A program made the translations under genes and the position numbers. This document shows, one piece after another, positions 1 through 9,507 of a stretch of 58,831 bases of DNA. How positions within the stretch are numbered: position 1 is the stretch's first letter; each line of letters starts with the position of its first letter. The notes below the pieces were generated by a model that worked only from the letters and a program-made list of their open reading frames with translations, did not search any database and was not told the origin of the DNA. This DNA comes from Saprospiraceae bacterium (GTDB taxonomy: Bacteria > Bacteroidota > Bacteroidia > Chitinophagales > Saprospiraceae), in contig JANQFJ010000209.1 in the NCBI GenBank assembly GCA_028277915.1, positions 1 to 58,831 on the forward strand, given 5' to 3'.

Positions 1-1497
1 GTGCCAACCAAGAAACGAGTTGGTGGATTCCCGTTGCTAAAAATTTTCGAATATCGCAAGGTGGAAAGCTCACCGGAATCCAACCTGATTCGAAGCAAAA
101 ACACCAAATGCGGCTGTTCCCTTATGCGACTGGCCGATATGAAAATAGCAATATTACCGAAGTTTACGATAAAATAAAAGGAGATGCCGGAGTTGATCTT
201 TTATACCAATATGGTTCAAATGTCGTAGCCAATTTAACTTTGAATCCTGATTTTGCTACCGTTGAAGGGGATAAAGAGCAGATCAATTTGACTCCCTGGG
301 AGCTTCGGTTTCCCGATAAACGGCTTTTTTTTCAAGATGGTAATGAAATGTTTCAAACGCGAATCAGTACTTTTTATTCACGTCGGATAGGCGATTATGC
401 GTTACGGAGGCAAATCTATCGGGAAAGCCGGAAAATACCAGTTTAATGCCTTAATTGCGCGGACAGAAGAGTTGAAAGAAGGAGATCAGTCTATTGTGCC
501 AAGATCTTGGCTCAATGCAGTTCGTATAAAGAGAGATATCCTTCAATCCTCTGTTGTTGGACTGACTTATGCAGACAAATTTACGGATACGAGCTATGTT
601 CGATCATTAAGTGCAGATTATGTTTTGAACTTAGGTGAGACCTGGAAGCTGACAGGTCAATTTGTTGGAAGTGCTCCTGGTGATTTTTTATCGCATTCAG
701 CTTGGTTTATGCGTTTTGCAAAAGAAAACAATATCTATCATTACCATGTCCGGTATTCAAACATTGGAAAAGATTTTCGTGAAAATGTCAATCAAACAGG
801 CTTCATTCCGGATGACGATCGCCACGAAGTCGATGCAGATATAAAATATCGGTTTTGGGTCAATAAAGGAATCAAATACGTATATACGGAAGGGAAACAT
901 AACTTTTTTTGGAGCCAGGTTGGTGAGCTGAGGAGCTGGTATTTGACCTATAAAGCCAGGATTTACCTAGAAAACCAACTCAGCTTTGAGGTGGTTTACA
1001 ACAACGAATACAAAAACGAATTCCGAGGGGATTTCAAAGATTTTTATAATCACTTTTACAGGGCCGAAATTGGTTACAACACCGATGAAGCTACTTTTGT
1101 GAAATTCGGTTATCAGGCCGGACACAATTTTGACCGCGATTTTCAATTATGGCTGGCGAGTTTTAAAGTGCAGCTTTTCAAAAAACTGACGCTTTCCTAC
1201 GAGTTCAACAAGCTGAATTACAGTCCTGATCCTACCAAAAGGAGCGCAACGATAAATGTGCTGGGGGCTGATTTCTTTTTTAATAAAGATTTATGGATTC
1301 GCTTATTTGCGCAAAACAATACGGTTTCGGATAAATATTATTTGTACGGATTATTCGGTTGGCGATTCAAACCTCCGTTTGGCGCGGTATACCTGATCGT
1401 TAGTGCTGATCGATTTGTGGAAGAATTTCCGGAGCCAACAAACATCAGATCGGATATTATTTTTTTAAAAGTAACATACCCTATTTCTATTCTGTAA
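1..1497 (+). pseudogene. DUF5916-like outer-membrane beta-barrel protein, 3' portion (5' end off-window), with an apparent 1-nt frameshift
   Basis: Frame 3 is open from base 3, so there is no stop before ORF 108..446. It reads LNPDFATVEGDKEQINLTPWELRFPDKRLFFQDG...FYSRRIGD. The family pattern continues in frame 1 (ORF 397..1497) as YGGKSIGKAGKYQFNALIARTEE. A frame-1 TAG at 388-390 and the frame-3 TAA at 444-446 confine the shift to about 391-443. The C-terminus is beta-strand rich. Family name is from memory of the NPDF..VE.D...NLT...F.EKR.FF motif. Confidence 0.55.
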
Positions 1498-1616
1498 CTT
1501 TTTTAAAAATTAATTAAGTTGTCATGACCCTTCTTTTATGTATCTTCCTGAAATCGCCGGCGGTCAATCCACGGTCTATTTAGAATGGGAGTGGGAAGGC
1601 AATTGAGTTCTATTGG

Positions 1617-1933
1617 TTGTTGGATGATTTGGAAGTTTATGGGGATAGTATTGTTTCTGCTTTAAATGAAATGCCATACCAGAAATTGATTAATATTTAC
1701 CCCATTCCGGCTGCTGAAATGATAAACATAAGTTCTTCAGATTCAAACCCATCCGTTGATGCAGTTTGCTTGATCACAGATGTAGTTGGAAATGTCGTTT
1801 AAAAAAACAGCTTAAATACATACAAAATGGCCAATTTCAGATTGACTTAAAACAATTACCTCTTGGCAATTATTTTTAGAAAATTTATACAAAAGATCAA
1901 TCTCAAACCAGACGATTTGTAGTGGTACATTAG
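1617..1933 (+). pseudogene. Relic type IX secretion (T9SS) C-terminal sorting domain with no cargo ORF attached
   Basis: ORF 1617..1802 ends LINIYPIPAAEMINISS...AVCLITDVVGNVV-TAA. After a frame change at the A7 run (1801-1807) the text continues KKQLKYIQNGQFQIDLKQLPLGNYF-TAG-KIYTKDQSQTRRFVVVH-TAG. Together this is the complete YPNP...I.D..G..V...ID.S.L..G.YF..I....K.VV pattern, broken by one frameshift and one stop. Confidence 0.6.
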
Positions 1934-1957
1934 ACTTCATAACTCCAAGTTCATTTC

Positions 1958-3169
1958 TTAATGATGATGTCCGCCGGCACTTTCCTGTCCTTTTTTTGAT
2001 TGAGCCATTAAAAAATAGGCTCCGTAAGTGACGATCTCTGCATCGTCTTCTAACTTTTCCAATGGATCGACCTGGACATAACCAATATCAGATATTACCT
2101 TTAAAACCGGGATCTTTTTAAAATGTGTTTCATCTCCGTGATCCTCTTCTTTTATGAAAATATAATTTAGTCCATTGTCCAAAGCAACTGCTTCTTCGGG
2201 CAAAGCCGGTACTTTATGATCCTCCAAAATGATGCGTCCCTGTACGTACATTCCAGGCAGTAGTTGGACTTTGTCATCGACAATCTCAGCGTGTATGGAA
2301 ACAGTTCGTTGTGTTTCATTCAATGCTTTTCCAATAGCAAATATTTTGGAATTCATGACTTCCTGGGGTTTACTTTGAAGGCTGAATTGAACCGTTTGTC
2401 CGTTTTTTACATAAGGCAAGTCTTTTTCAAAAACCATAAAATCGATGTGCAAGTGTCGATTATCAACAATTTCAAACAATTCTTCATGAGGCTCGACGAA
2501 TGCGCCGGTATTGGCTTTTATCTCCCGAATAAATCCACTGATCGGGCTGATAATGCTGACAATAGTTGTCAAATCTTCTGTTTCGTTTTCAGGAGGATTG
2601 ATTCCGACCACTTGCATGCGGGTAAGTAGTCCTTTCAACTTTGCCAGTGCAATTGCTTTTTCGGAGGTGATTTTTTCTAATTGTTTTTGAGGAGCAATCT
2701 CCTTTTTAACCAAATCCTGTTGGCGGATATATTCTTTCTCCAAATAAAGCAATTCACCTTTCACTTCCATATATTCCTGTTGCCAGGTTATAAATTCAGG
2801 ATTTTGAATGGTAGCTAAAATTGCTCCTTTCGAAACATATTGTCCTGGATCCACATGAATCCTAGTCACTTTTCCAGCAGTTATAGAACTCACACTTGCT
2901 TTGTTTTGAGGAGGTAATTCCAACTGTCCATTGACTTTGAGCGTAGATTGAAGGTTTTTATTTTCGAAAGTTCCAATTGTCAATCCTACTTTTTGAATTT
3001 GCTCTTTGGTCAAAGCGACTTCATCATCATGGTGCTCTTCATGTGCATGTTCACCATGCATTTCATCTTCAGAGTGAGGGGCCGCGTTTTGTGTTGGGTT
3101 GTTACACCCGCTTATTGCGAAAGAGAATAGACTTATTCCAAAAATTATATTTATTATTGATTTTTTCAT
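1958..3169 (-). CDS. Efflux RND periplasmic adaptor (membrane-fusion protein), CzcB/CusB-like lipoprotein with His-rich termini
   Basis: ATG at 3167-3169 gives MKKSIINIIFGISLFSFAISGC, a lipoprotein signal. It has an HSEDEMHGEHAHEEHHDDE tract and a C-terminal GGHHH. It shows the lipoyl/beta-barrel MFP layout (ITAGKVTRIHVDPGQYVSKGAILATI) and lies directly downstream of the RND pump. Confidence 0.85.
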   Translation of the reverse strand: MKKSIINIIFGISLFSFAISGCNNPTQNAAPHSEDEMHGEHAHEEHHDDEVALTKEQIQKVGLTIGTFENKNLQSTLKVNGQLELPPQNKASVSSITAGKVTRIHVDPGQYVSKGAILATIQNPEFITWQQEYMEVKGELLYLEKEYIRQQDLVKKEIAPQKQLEKITSEKAIALAKLKGLLTRMQVVGINPPENETEDLTTIVSIISPISGFIREIKANTGAFVEPHEELFEIVDNRHLHIDFMVFEKDLPYVKNGQTVQFSLQSKPQEVMNSKIFAIGKALNETQRTVSIHAEIVDDKVQLLPGMYVQGRIILEDHKVPALPEEAVALDNGLNYIFIKEEDHGDETHFKKIPVLKVISDIGYVQVDPLEKLEDDAEIVTYGAYFLMAQSKKGQESAGGHHH

Positions 3170-3227
3170 GATTGTCTGAATTGTTAATTTAAAAACTTGA
3201 AGCAATTAATTCATTCATTTACAGCTC

Positions 3228-6200
3228 CTAGTGATCTATCAAATATTCGAGTTTTATTTTTAAAAAATGGTATTCTTTCAGTGCTTCGAGATAAGCGACA
3301 TTGTAATTGATACCTTGCTCGATGGTCTGCAAATATTCTAAATAAAAAGCCTCTCCTTGTCGATACGCCGTCCGCGCAAATGCCTGTCTTTCCATGACAG
3401 AAGGCAACAAAGTTTCTTTCAGATATTTGATCGAATTTAATTGCTTTTGTAACTCAATTGCCAACTGGCGGTGCTGAATTTCCAGTTCGCTGTATGCAGC
3501 GTCTTTCTGAGCTTGTTGGACCTGCACCTGTAATTCCGCAGCTTCTATTTTTGTGTTTTGACTTTTTCTGAAAAGCGGAACGTTTATTCCCAGCTGGTAG
3601 CCGTAAAATGGAAACATACCCGCTACCGTTTGCAATTGCACTCCCGTTTGCAATTGTGGGGTGAGCTGACTTTTGGCAGCTTCTACTTTTGCTAAGGCCA
3701 GTTGTTCCGATTGATGATAGTATTGTACCAAAGGGTGGTCTTTAAATTCCTGTTTATCAATTTCGGATGGCGACGGAAGTTTGTCATGTTCGACATCAAA
3801 TAGGGTGTCAGCTTGTAGCCAGTCATTGAATTGGGTTTTTGCCAGTTCTTGTCCTTGTTCCAAAATTTGAAGTTGCCATTCCACTGCTTTAAGTTGATCC
3901 TGAGCCGTCAGCAGAGGTAATTTTCCAATTTCACCAGCCTGAAATTTATTTTCATTGATCGTTACCAGTTCATTGTACAAGTCCACCAGAGATCGCGCGT
4001 ATCCTTTGATTTGCTTTTGGAATAGTAAATCATAATAAGAAAGACTGATGTGATATGCAATTTCCTGTTGACTGAGTTCCAATTGTTTTTGGGCTAAGGC
4101 TGCCTGTTGCTGATAAACCTGTCGCTGAGATCGGTTAACTTTAGGAAGATTAAAATTTTGAGTAACCCCAAAAGAATGAACACCGGTGCTTTCAGCAAAA
4201 TTAAATTCTTCTCCTGAAACAAATATATTGGTCATCGGTTGACTGGACTTAATGGTGCCAAGTTTTTGCGCCTGTTCCACCTGCAATTGCTCAGCCTTGA
4301 GTGTAGGATAGTTTTTTTGTCCAAGAGCTATTGCCTGATCCAAAGAAATTTTAGGACTTTGGGCAAAACCAACACCACAAAAAGCCATCAATAAGGTTAC
4401 TGCCACTTTCTCTTTAAAATATATTTTCCAATTTCTTTCAGAATAATAGTATAAAATAGGCAAAATGATCAAAGTCAGAAAAGTGGCCATGATCAATCCT
4501 CCGATGACAACAGTAGCCAGTGGTTGTTGTACTTCGGCTCCGGCAGAAGTTGATATAGCCATTGGCAAAAATCCTAAAGATGCTACTGAAGCCGTCATGA
4601 TAACAGGGCGCAGTCGTACTTCTGTTCCTTTGTATATAAGCTGCGTAATATCTGTCATACCCTCTTTTTTTAACTGGTTAAAGTATGCGATCAAAACAAT
4701 ACCATTTAAAACAGCGACTCCAAAAAGTGCGATAAATCCAACCCCCGCAGAAATGCTAAAAGGCATTCCGCGAAAATACAAAGCCCAAATCCCACCGATC
4801 ACCGACATCGGGATAGCTGTAAAGATTAGCAAGGTCTGTTTGACGGATTTGAACGTCAAGTACAGCAAAACAAAAATAAGCGCCAATGCCACCGGAACTG
4901 CTATCATCAGTCGTGCCTGGGCATTTTGTAAATTTTCAAAAGCACCACCGTAAGTGAGATAATATCCCGTAGGTAGATCGAGTTCTTCTTCCATTTTTTT
5001 TCGAATAGCCTTAACGAGGCTCTCCACATCTCTGCCTCTGGCATTCACGCCAATGGTAATTCTTCGTTGAGTGTTATCCCTGGAGATCTGAGTGGGACCT
5101 TCTTCAAAATCGACAGAAGCTAACTCCTGCAATGGAATCTGCTCACCAGTCGTCAATGGGATGTACAAATCTTTCAGGTCGTCAATGTCCTGACGATAAG
5201 CCTCATCCAATCGAGCAACAATTTCGAATCACTTCTCTCCTTCAAAAATATAACCGGCATGCTCTCCTGCAAAGCCCGTTCGAATTGCACGATTTATAAC
5301 TTCGGCGCTTACTCCGTACTTTGCCATTTTTTTTCTGTCATACTTCACGACCATTTGTTGTAGCCCTGCTGTAGGTTCAACCTGAATATCTCCTGCTCCA
5401 TCAATTTGTTCGATGAGGTTTTTAGCTTCTTTGGCTTTGTTTGCTAGTATCCCCAGGTTTTCTCCATAAATTTTGATTGCAATATCCTGCCTGACCCCTG
5501 TCATTAATTCATTAAACCGCATCTGAATGGGTTGGGTGAATTCATAAATCACACCAGGAAATTTATTCATTTCGGCTTCCATTTTTTCAAAAAGTTCTTC
5601 ACGGGTACTGGCTGAGGTCCATTCTTCTTTTGGTTTTAAAATGACATAGATATCTCCAGCTTCCAGCGGCATAATGTCAGTTGGAATTTCTGCAGTTCCG
5701 ATCTTTGTGACAACTTTTTCCACTTCCGGAAAATTGTCTAGTAAAATTTTTTGTAAAGAAGCTGAAACTTCAATTCCCTGAGCTATTGAGCTACCCGGTG
5801 GTAAAATTTGGTGCAAGGCAAAATCACCTTCTTCAAGCGTAGGAATAAACTCGCCTCCCATTCGACTAAACACAAAAAGGCTAAAAGCAAACAATAAAAT
5901 TGTCAATCCTAAAACAACTCTTTTTGCTTTAAGTGCAAATGTCAAAACCGGATGATACAATCGGTGAAAAAATGCTATGATCTTGTCAGCTATAGTTTTT
6001 TTATGAGAAATATTTTTACTTAAAAACAAAGCAGACATCATCGGTACATACGTCAGGGATAAGATCAAGGCACCCAGAATAGCAAAACTCACCGTTTGAG
6101 CCATTGGTTTGAACATCTTACCCTCGATTCCCGTCAACAACAATAAAGGGATATAAACGATGAGGATAATGATTTCACCAAAGGCCGCAGATTTGCGAAT

Positions 6201-7529
6201 TCGCGAAGCAGATTCATAAACTTCAGCATTCATGTCATCGGTTGAAAGTTGATTTCCCGACTTGCGAACGCCCAAATGATAAAGGATAGCTTCAACAATG
6301 ATCACTGCCCCATCCACGATCAAACCAAAATCAATCGCTCCCAAACTCATCAAATTGGCCGAAATGCCAAACAACCGCATCATTGAAATGGCAAATAACA
6401 TTGCCAAAGGAATAACGGATGCCACAATCAATCCTGCCCGTAGATTTCCCAGCAAAAGCACCAATACAAAAATGACAATCAACCCGCCTTCTACAAGATT
6501 AGTGATCACGGTTTTGGTGGTGCGATTTACCAATTTGGAACGATCCAGGTATGGTTCAATTACGATTCCTTCCGGCAAGGTTTTTTTGATTAGTTCCATT
6601 CGAGCCTTGACTCTTTTTGTCACTTCTGCAGAGTTGGCTCCTTTGAGCATGATCACCTGCCCTGCAACTACTTCGCCCTTTCCATTCATGGTCACTGCGC
6701 CGAAGCGGGGAGCGTGGCCTATTTTGACGTTTGCGACATCTTTTACTAAAACAGGTAAACCATTTACATTTTTTACAACAACCTGCCCGATATCTTCCAT
6801 TGACTTTAATCGTCCTTCACCGCGGATAAAGTAAGTGTAATGCTTTTTTTCAATATAAGAACCACCTGTATTTGCATTATTTAAACTTACAGCCGCAAAA
6901 AGTTCGTCCAGAGATATTCCAAGGCTCCTCAGTTTGTCAGGAGCGAAGGCAACCTCGTATTGTTTAAGATGACCACCGCTTCCGTTTACTTCGATGACCC
7001 CTTCAATTCCGGTCAATTGACGCTTGATGATCCAATCCTGGATGCTTCGCAGATCTGTCGATGAATAATTATCTTCATATCCTTCGGACGGGTAAATTAC
7101 GTATTGATAGATTTCTCCAAGACCAGTTGAGATTGGTCCCATTTCCGGTTTTCCGAGTCCCTCAGGTATTTCGGATTCTGCCTGCTTGATGCGTTCGCTG
7201 ATTAATTGCCGGGCTAAATAAACTTTGATTTTTTCTTCAAAGACTACTGTTATCACCGACAATCCAAAGCGGGAGACGGAACGGATTTCAACCACGCCGG
7301 GAATATTTCCTAAAGCCATCTCTAGGGGAAAAGTGATGAGTTGTTCAACCTCCTGTGCAGCAAGGCTAGGTGCGTTTGTTATGACTTGTACCTGGTTATC
7401 TGTAATGTCGGGAACAGCGTCTATCGGGAGATACTGCATGGAATACATTCCCCAACCGATTAGACCTGCTATCAATAGGCCCACTATCAGCTTGTTGTAT
7501 ATTGAAAAATGAATAATTCGATTTATCAT
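3228..7529 (-). pseudogene. czcA: CzcA/CusA-family heavy-metal RND permease fused C-terminally to a TolC/CzcC-like outer-membrane factor; one in-frame TGA at 5229-5231
   Basis: ORFs 5229..7529 and 3228..5210 are in the same frame. The text reads ...AGYIFEGEK-TGA-FEIVARLDEAYRQDIDDLKDLYIP, colinear with the RND motif EG(D/E)(R/K)RF(D/E)(I/L)VVRL. The RND TM segments continue to ILPILYYYSERN. A hydrophobic linker KVAVTLLMAFCGVGFAQS follows, then about 375 aa of coiled-coil/beta OMF-like sequence. Whether this is a true pseudogene, a sequencing error or readthrough cannot be decided from sequence. Confidence 0.85.
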
Positions 7530-7680
7530 TTTTATAATTAGAAATTAGCGTAAAGAAATTGGACTTTTTACTTTCTCAAGCTGTAATTCAGCTGAAAAAA
7601 TATTGACAACACTGCGTTGACGACATAGATTACAATGCCAACTCTGGTACTAAAAAGGCAGCGTTGTGCATAAAAATGAA

Positions 7681-8076
7681 TTACAAAAAGGAGGGAGGTT
7701 GAATTTCGGTGGTTACAAACCCGTTCAGGTAAAAGGCATTTTCGTAGAAAAGGTTTCCGGAGTAAAGTGGAACATCTATTTCAGGTATGAATATGCTGGT
7801 ATTTGAAAAAACAAAAGTTATTGAGAAACAGAAAGACTGAAACGGACAATTTTTATGTTCGTCATCACCATCATGCTCATGGTCATTCGGACTGATGAAA
7901 TGGATTATCAAAAATTCCCAAAAAGAAAATTCTACATCCAGATTAGCGATTTCTTCCTGATGCAATTCATAATGCTTCACCATATCGGGAATACGCGCCA
8001 ACTGGCTAAAATCCGAATTGGGGATTAAGCTGCCGATAAACATGTAAGATGCTAATATGAGTGCAGTAATTTTCAA
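7681..8076 (-). CDS. Small hypothetical protein with N-terminal hydrophobic segment and His/Asp-rich tract, first gene of the efflux locus
   Basis: 131-aa ORF on the same strand, 151 nt upstream of czcA. It has MKITALILASYMFIGSLIP as a signal or anchor, and a PNDHEHDGDDEHKNCP acidic/His cluster. Confidence 0.45.
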   Translation of the reverse strand: MKITALILASYMFIGSLIPNSDFSQLARIPDMVKHYELHQEEIANLDVEFSFWEFLIIHFISPNDHEHDGDDEHKNCPFQSFCFSITFVFSNTSIFIPEIDVPLYSGNLFYENAFYLNGFVTTEIQPPSFL

Positions 8077-8316
8077 CTAAGCGTCTTTCTGATACTGTGC
8101 AAATATAATAAATAAATGACTGTAAACACACTTAAATATCAATAAGTTGTAGAGCAATTGAACAAATTATTTCAGCTAATAAAATGAATGGTATCAAGGC
8201 AAAAAAAATATGGACTTCTTCCAACATATTGCTATATTAGAGGAGACAACATTTTTAAAAATGAAAGCTTCTTTTTGAATAACAAACATTACTTTAATCC
8301 ATAAATATCCAATGAA

Positions 8317-9015
8317 ATGAACAGGCAAATTATCATCGTTTTATCAGCAAATATTTTACTCGGAACTAGTTCTTTATTGTCGGCTCAGGATAAAAAAGCC
8401 TCTTCTTATGAGCATTTTGACAAAGCTGAAATTTATTTTGAACAAAACACAACAGACGGAGATGCTGAAGTGGTCATCAAAGCTAAAGCCGGAAAGGACG
8501 GGATGACCAAGTTAAAAGTAATAACTCCTGACGGTCGAACAATTGTCGATTTTAACTCTCCAGATCCAACGACGATGGGGATACGACAATTTCACCTCGA
8601 ATCACCTGAACCTGAGGATATTGAGGCGGTAAAAAAAGCATTCCCTGAAGGAATCTATAAGTTTTTTGGGACTACCACTGATGGAGAGGAATATATGGAT
8701 GAAGCGGCACTCAGCCATGCTTTGCCTACACCAATTGCTATAAAATATCCAGCCGACAAATCGGAAGATATTCCTACAAAAGATCTTGAAATCACCTGGG
8801 AGCCCATAGAAAACGCCGAAGTTTATCTCATCGAAGTAGAACAGGATGATTTGGATATAAAAGTAGAAGCCAAACTTTCAAATTCAGAAACTTCCTTTTC
8901 GGTTCCGGCAAAATTTCTACACCCTGACTTGGAATACAAAATTGTGATTGGAGCAGAGTCTGTAAAGGGTAATTTGAATTTTGTAGAAACGTCTTTTACT
9001 ACGGCTAAAGAATAA
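8317..9015 (+). CDS. Hypothetical secreted protein (beta-sandwich/FN3-like repeats suspected)
   Basis: 232-aa ORF with signal peptide MNRQIIIVLSANILLGTSSLLSAQD. No recognisable catalytic motif. Confidence 0.5.
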   Translation: MNRQIIIVLSANILLGTSSLLSAQDKKASSYEHFDKAEIYFEQNTTDGDAEVVIKAKAGKDGMTKLKVITPDGRTIVDFNSPDPTTMGIRQFHLESPEPEDIEAVKKAFPEGIYKFFGTTTDGEEYMDEAALSHALPTPIAIKYPADKSEDIPTKDLEITWEPIENAEVYLIEVEQDDLDIKVEAKLSNSETSFSVPAKFLHPDLEYKIVIGAESVKGNLNFVETSFTTAKE

Positions 9016-9085
9016 AAGTTTATTTTTTAAAATCAAACAGGACAATTTTTTAATTAATTTTGGAGGCAAATTTAAAAATTAAAAT

Positions 9086-9499
9086 ATGGCTCCATTCCAT
9101 TTAGCTTTTCCTGTTACCGATTTAATAGAAACCAGAAAATTTTATGAAGAATTGCTGGGATGTGGTGTGGGCAGAACTTCTGATCGCTGGATAGACTTTG
9201 ATTTTTGGGGAAATCAAATCACCGCTCATCTGGTTGACGATGAAAACCCACATGGTCCAACTAATCATGTTGATGGTAAAAATGTTCCTGTTCGGCATTT
9301 TGGAGCCATCCTAGAGTGGGACGAATGGAATTTGCTTGTTGAAAAACTGAAAGCTCACGATATCGAATTCGTCATTGCTCCCTACACCCGTTTTCAGGGG
9401 GAAGTAGGGGAGCAGGCAACTATGTTTTTTTATGATCCAAGTGGCAATGCTCTGGAGTTTAAATCATTCAAAGATTTTTCGCAAATCTTTGCTAAGTAA
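9086..9499 (+). CDS. VOC (glyoxalase/bleomycin-resistance/dioxygenase) family protein
   Basis: 137 aa. It shows the [23 protein letters not shown]...H...E pattern typical of the VOC fold. Confidence 0.75.
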   Translation: MAPFHLAFPVTDLIETRKFYEELLGCGVGRTSDRWIDFDFWGNQITAHLVDDENPHGPTNHVDGKNVPVRHFGAILEWDEWNLLVEKLKAHDIEFVIAPYTRFQGEVGEQATMFFYDPSGNALEFKSFKDFSQIFAK

Positions 9500-9507
9500 C
9501 ATTTTAA

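Noticed and set aside
5229-5231. Interpreting the in-frame TGAs in czcA (5229-5231) and norB (22507-22509) as stop-codon reassignment (genetic code 4 or 25) or as selenocysteine
   Set aside because: TGA works as a true stop in this window: the TonB-dependent receptor ends with the canonical C-terminal ...EWRF followed by TGA at 18363-18365. The DUF1801 and MmcQ ORFs also end at TGA at family-typical lengths. The interrupted czcA position corresponds to a conserved Arg, and the norB position probably to a basic residue, not Trp, Gly or Cys. I saw no strong stem-loop immediately 3' of either TGA that could serve as a bacterial SECIS. A nonsense mutation, an error or low-level readthrough is more parsimonious.
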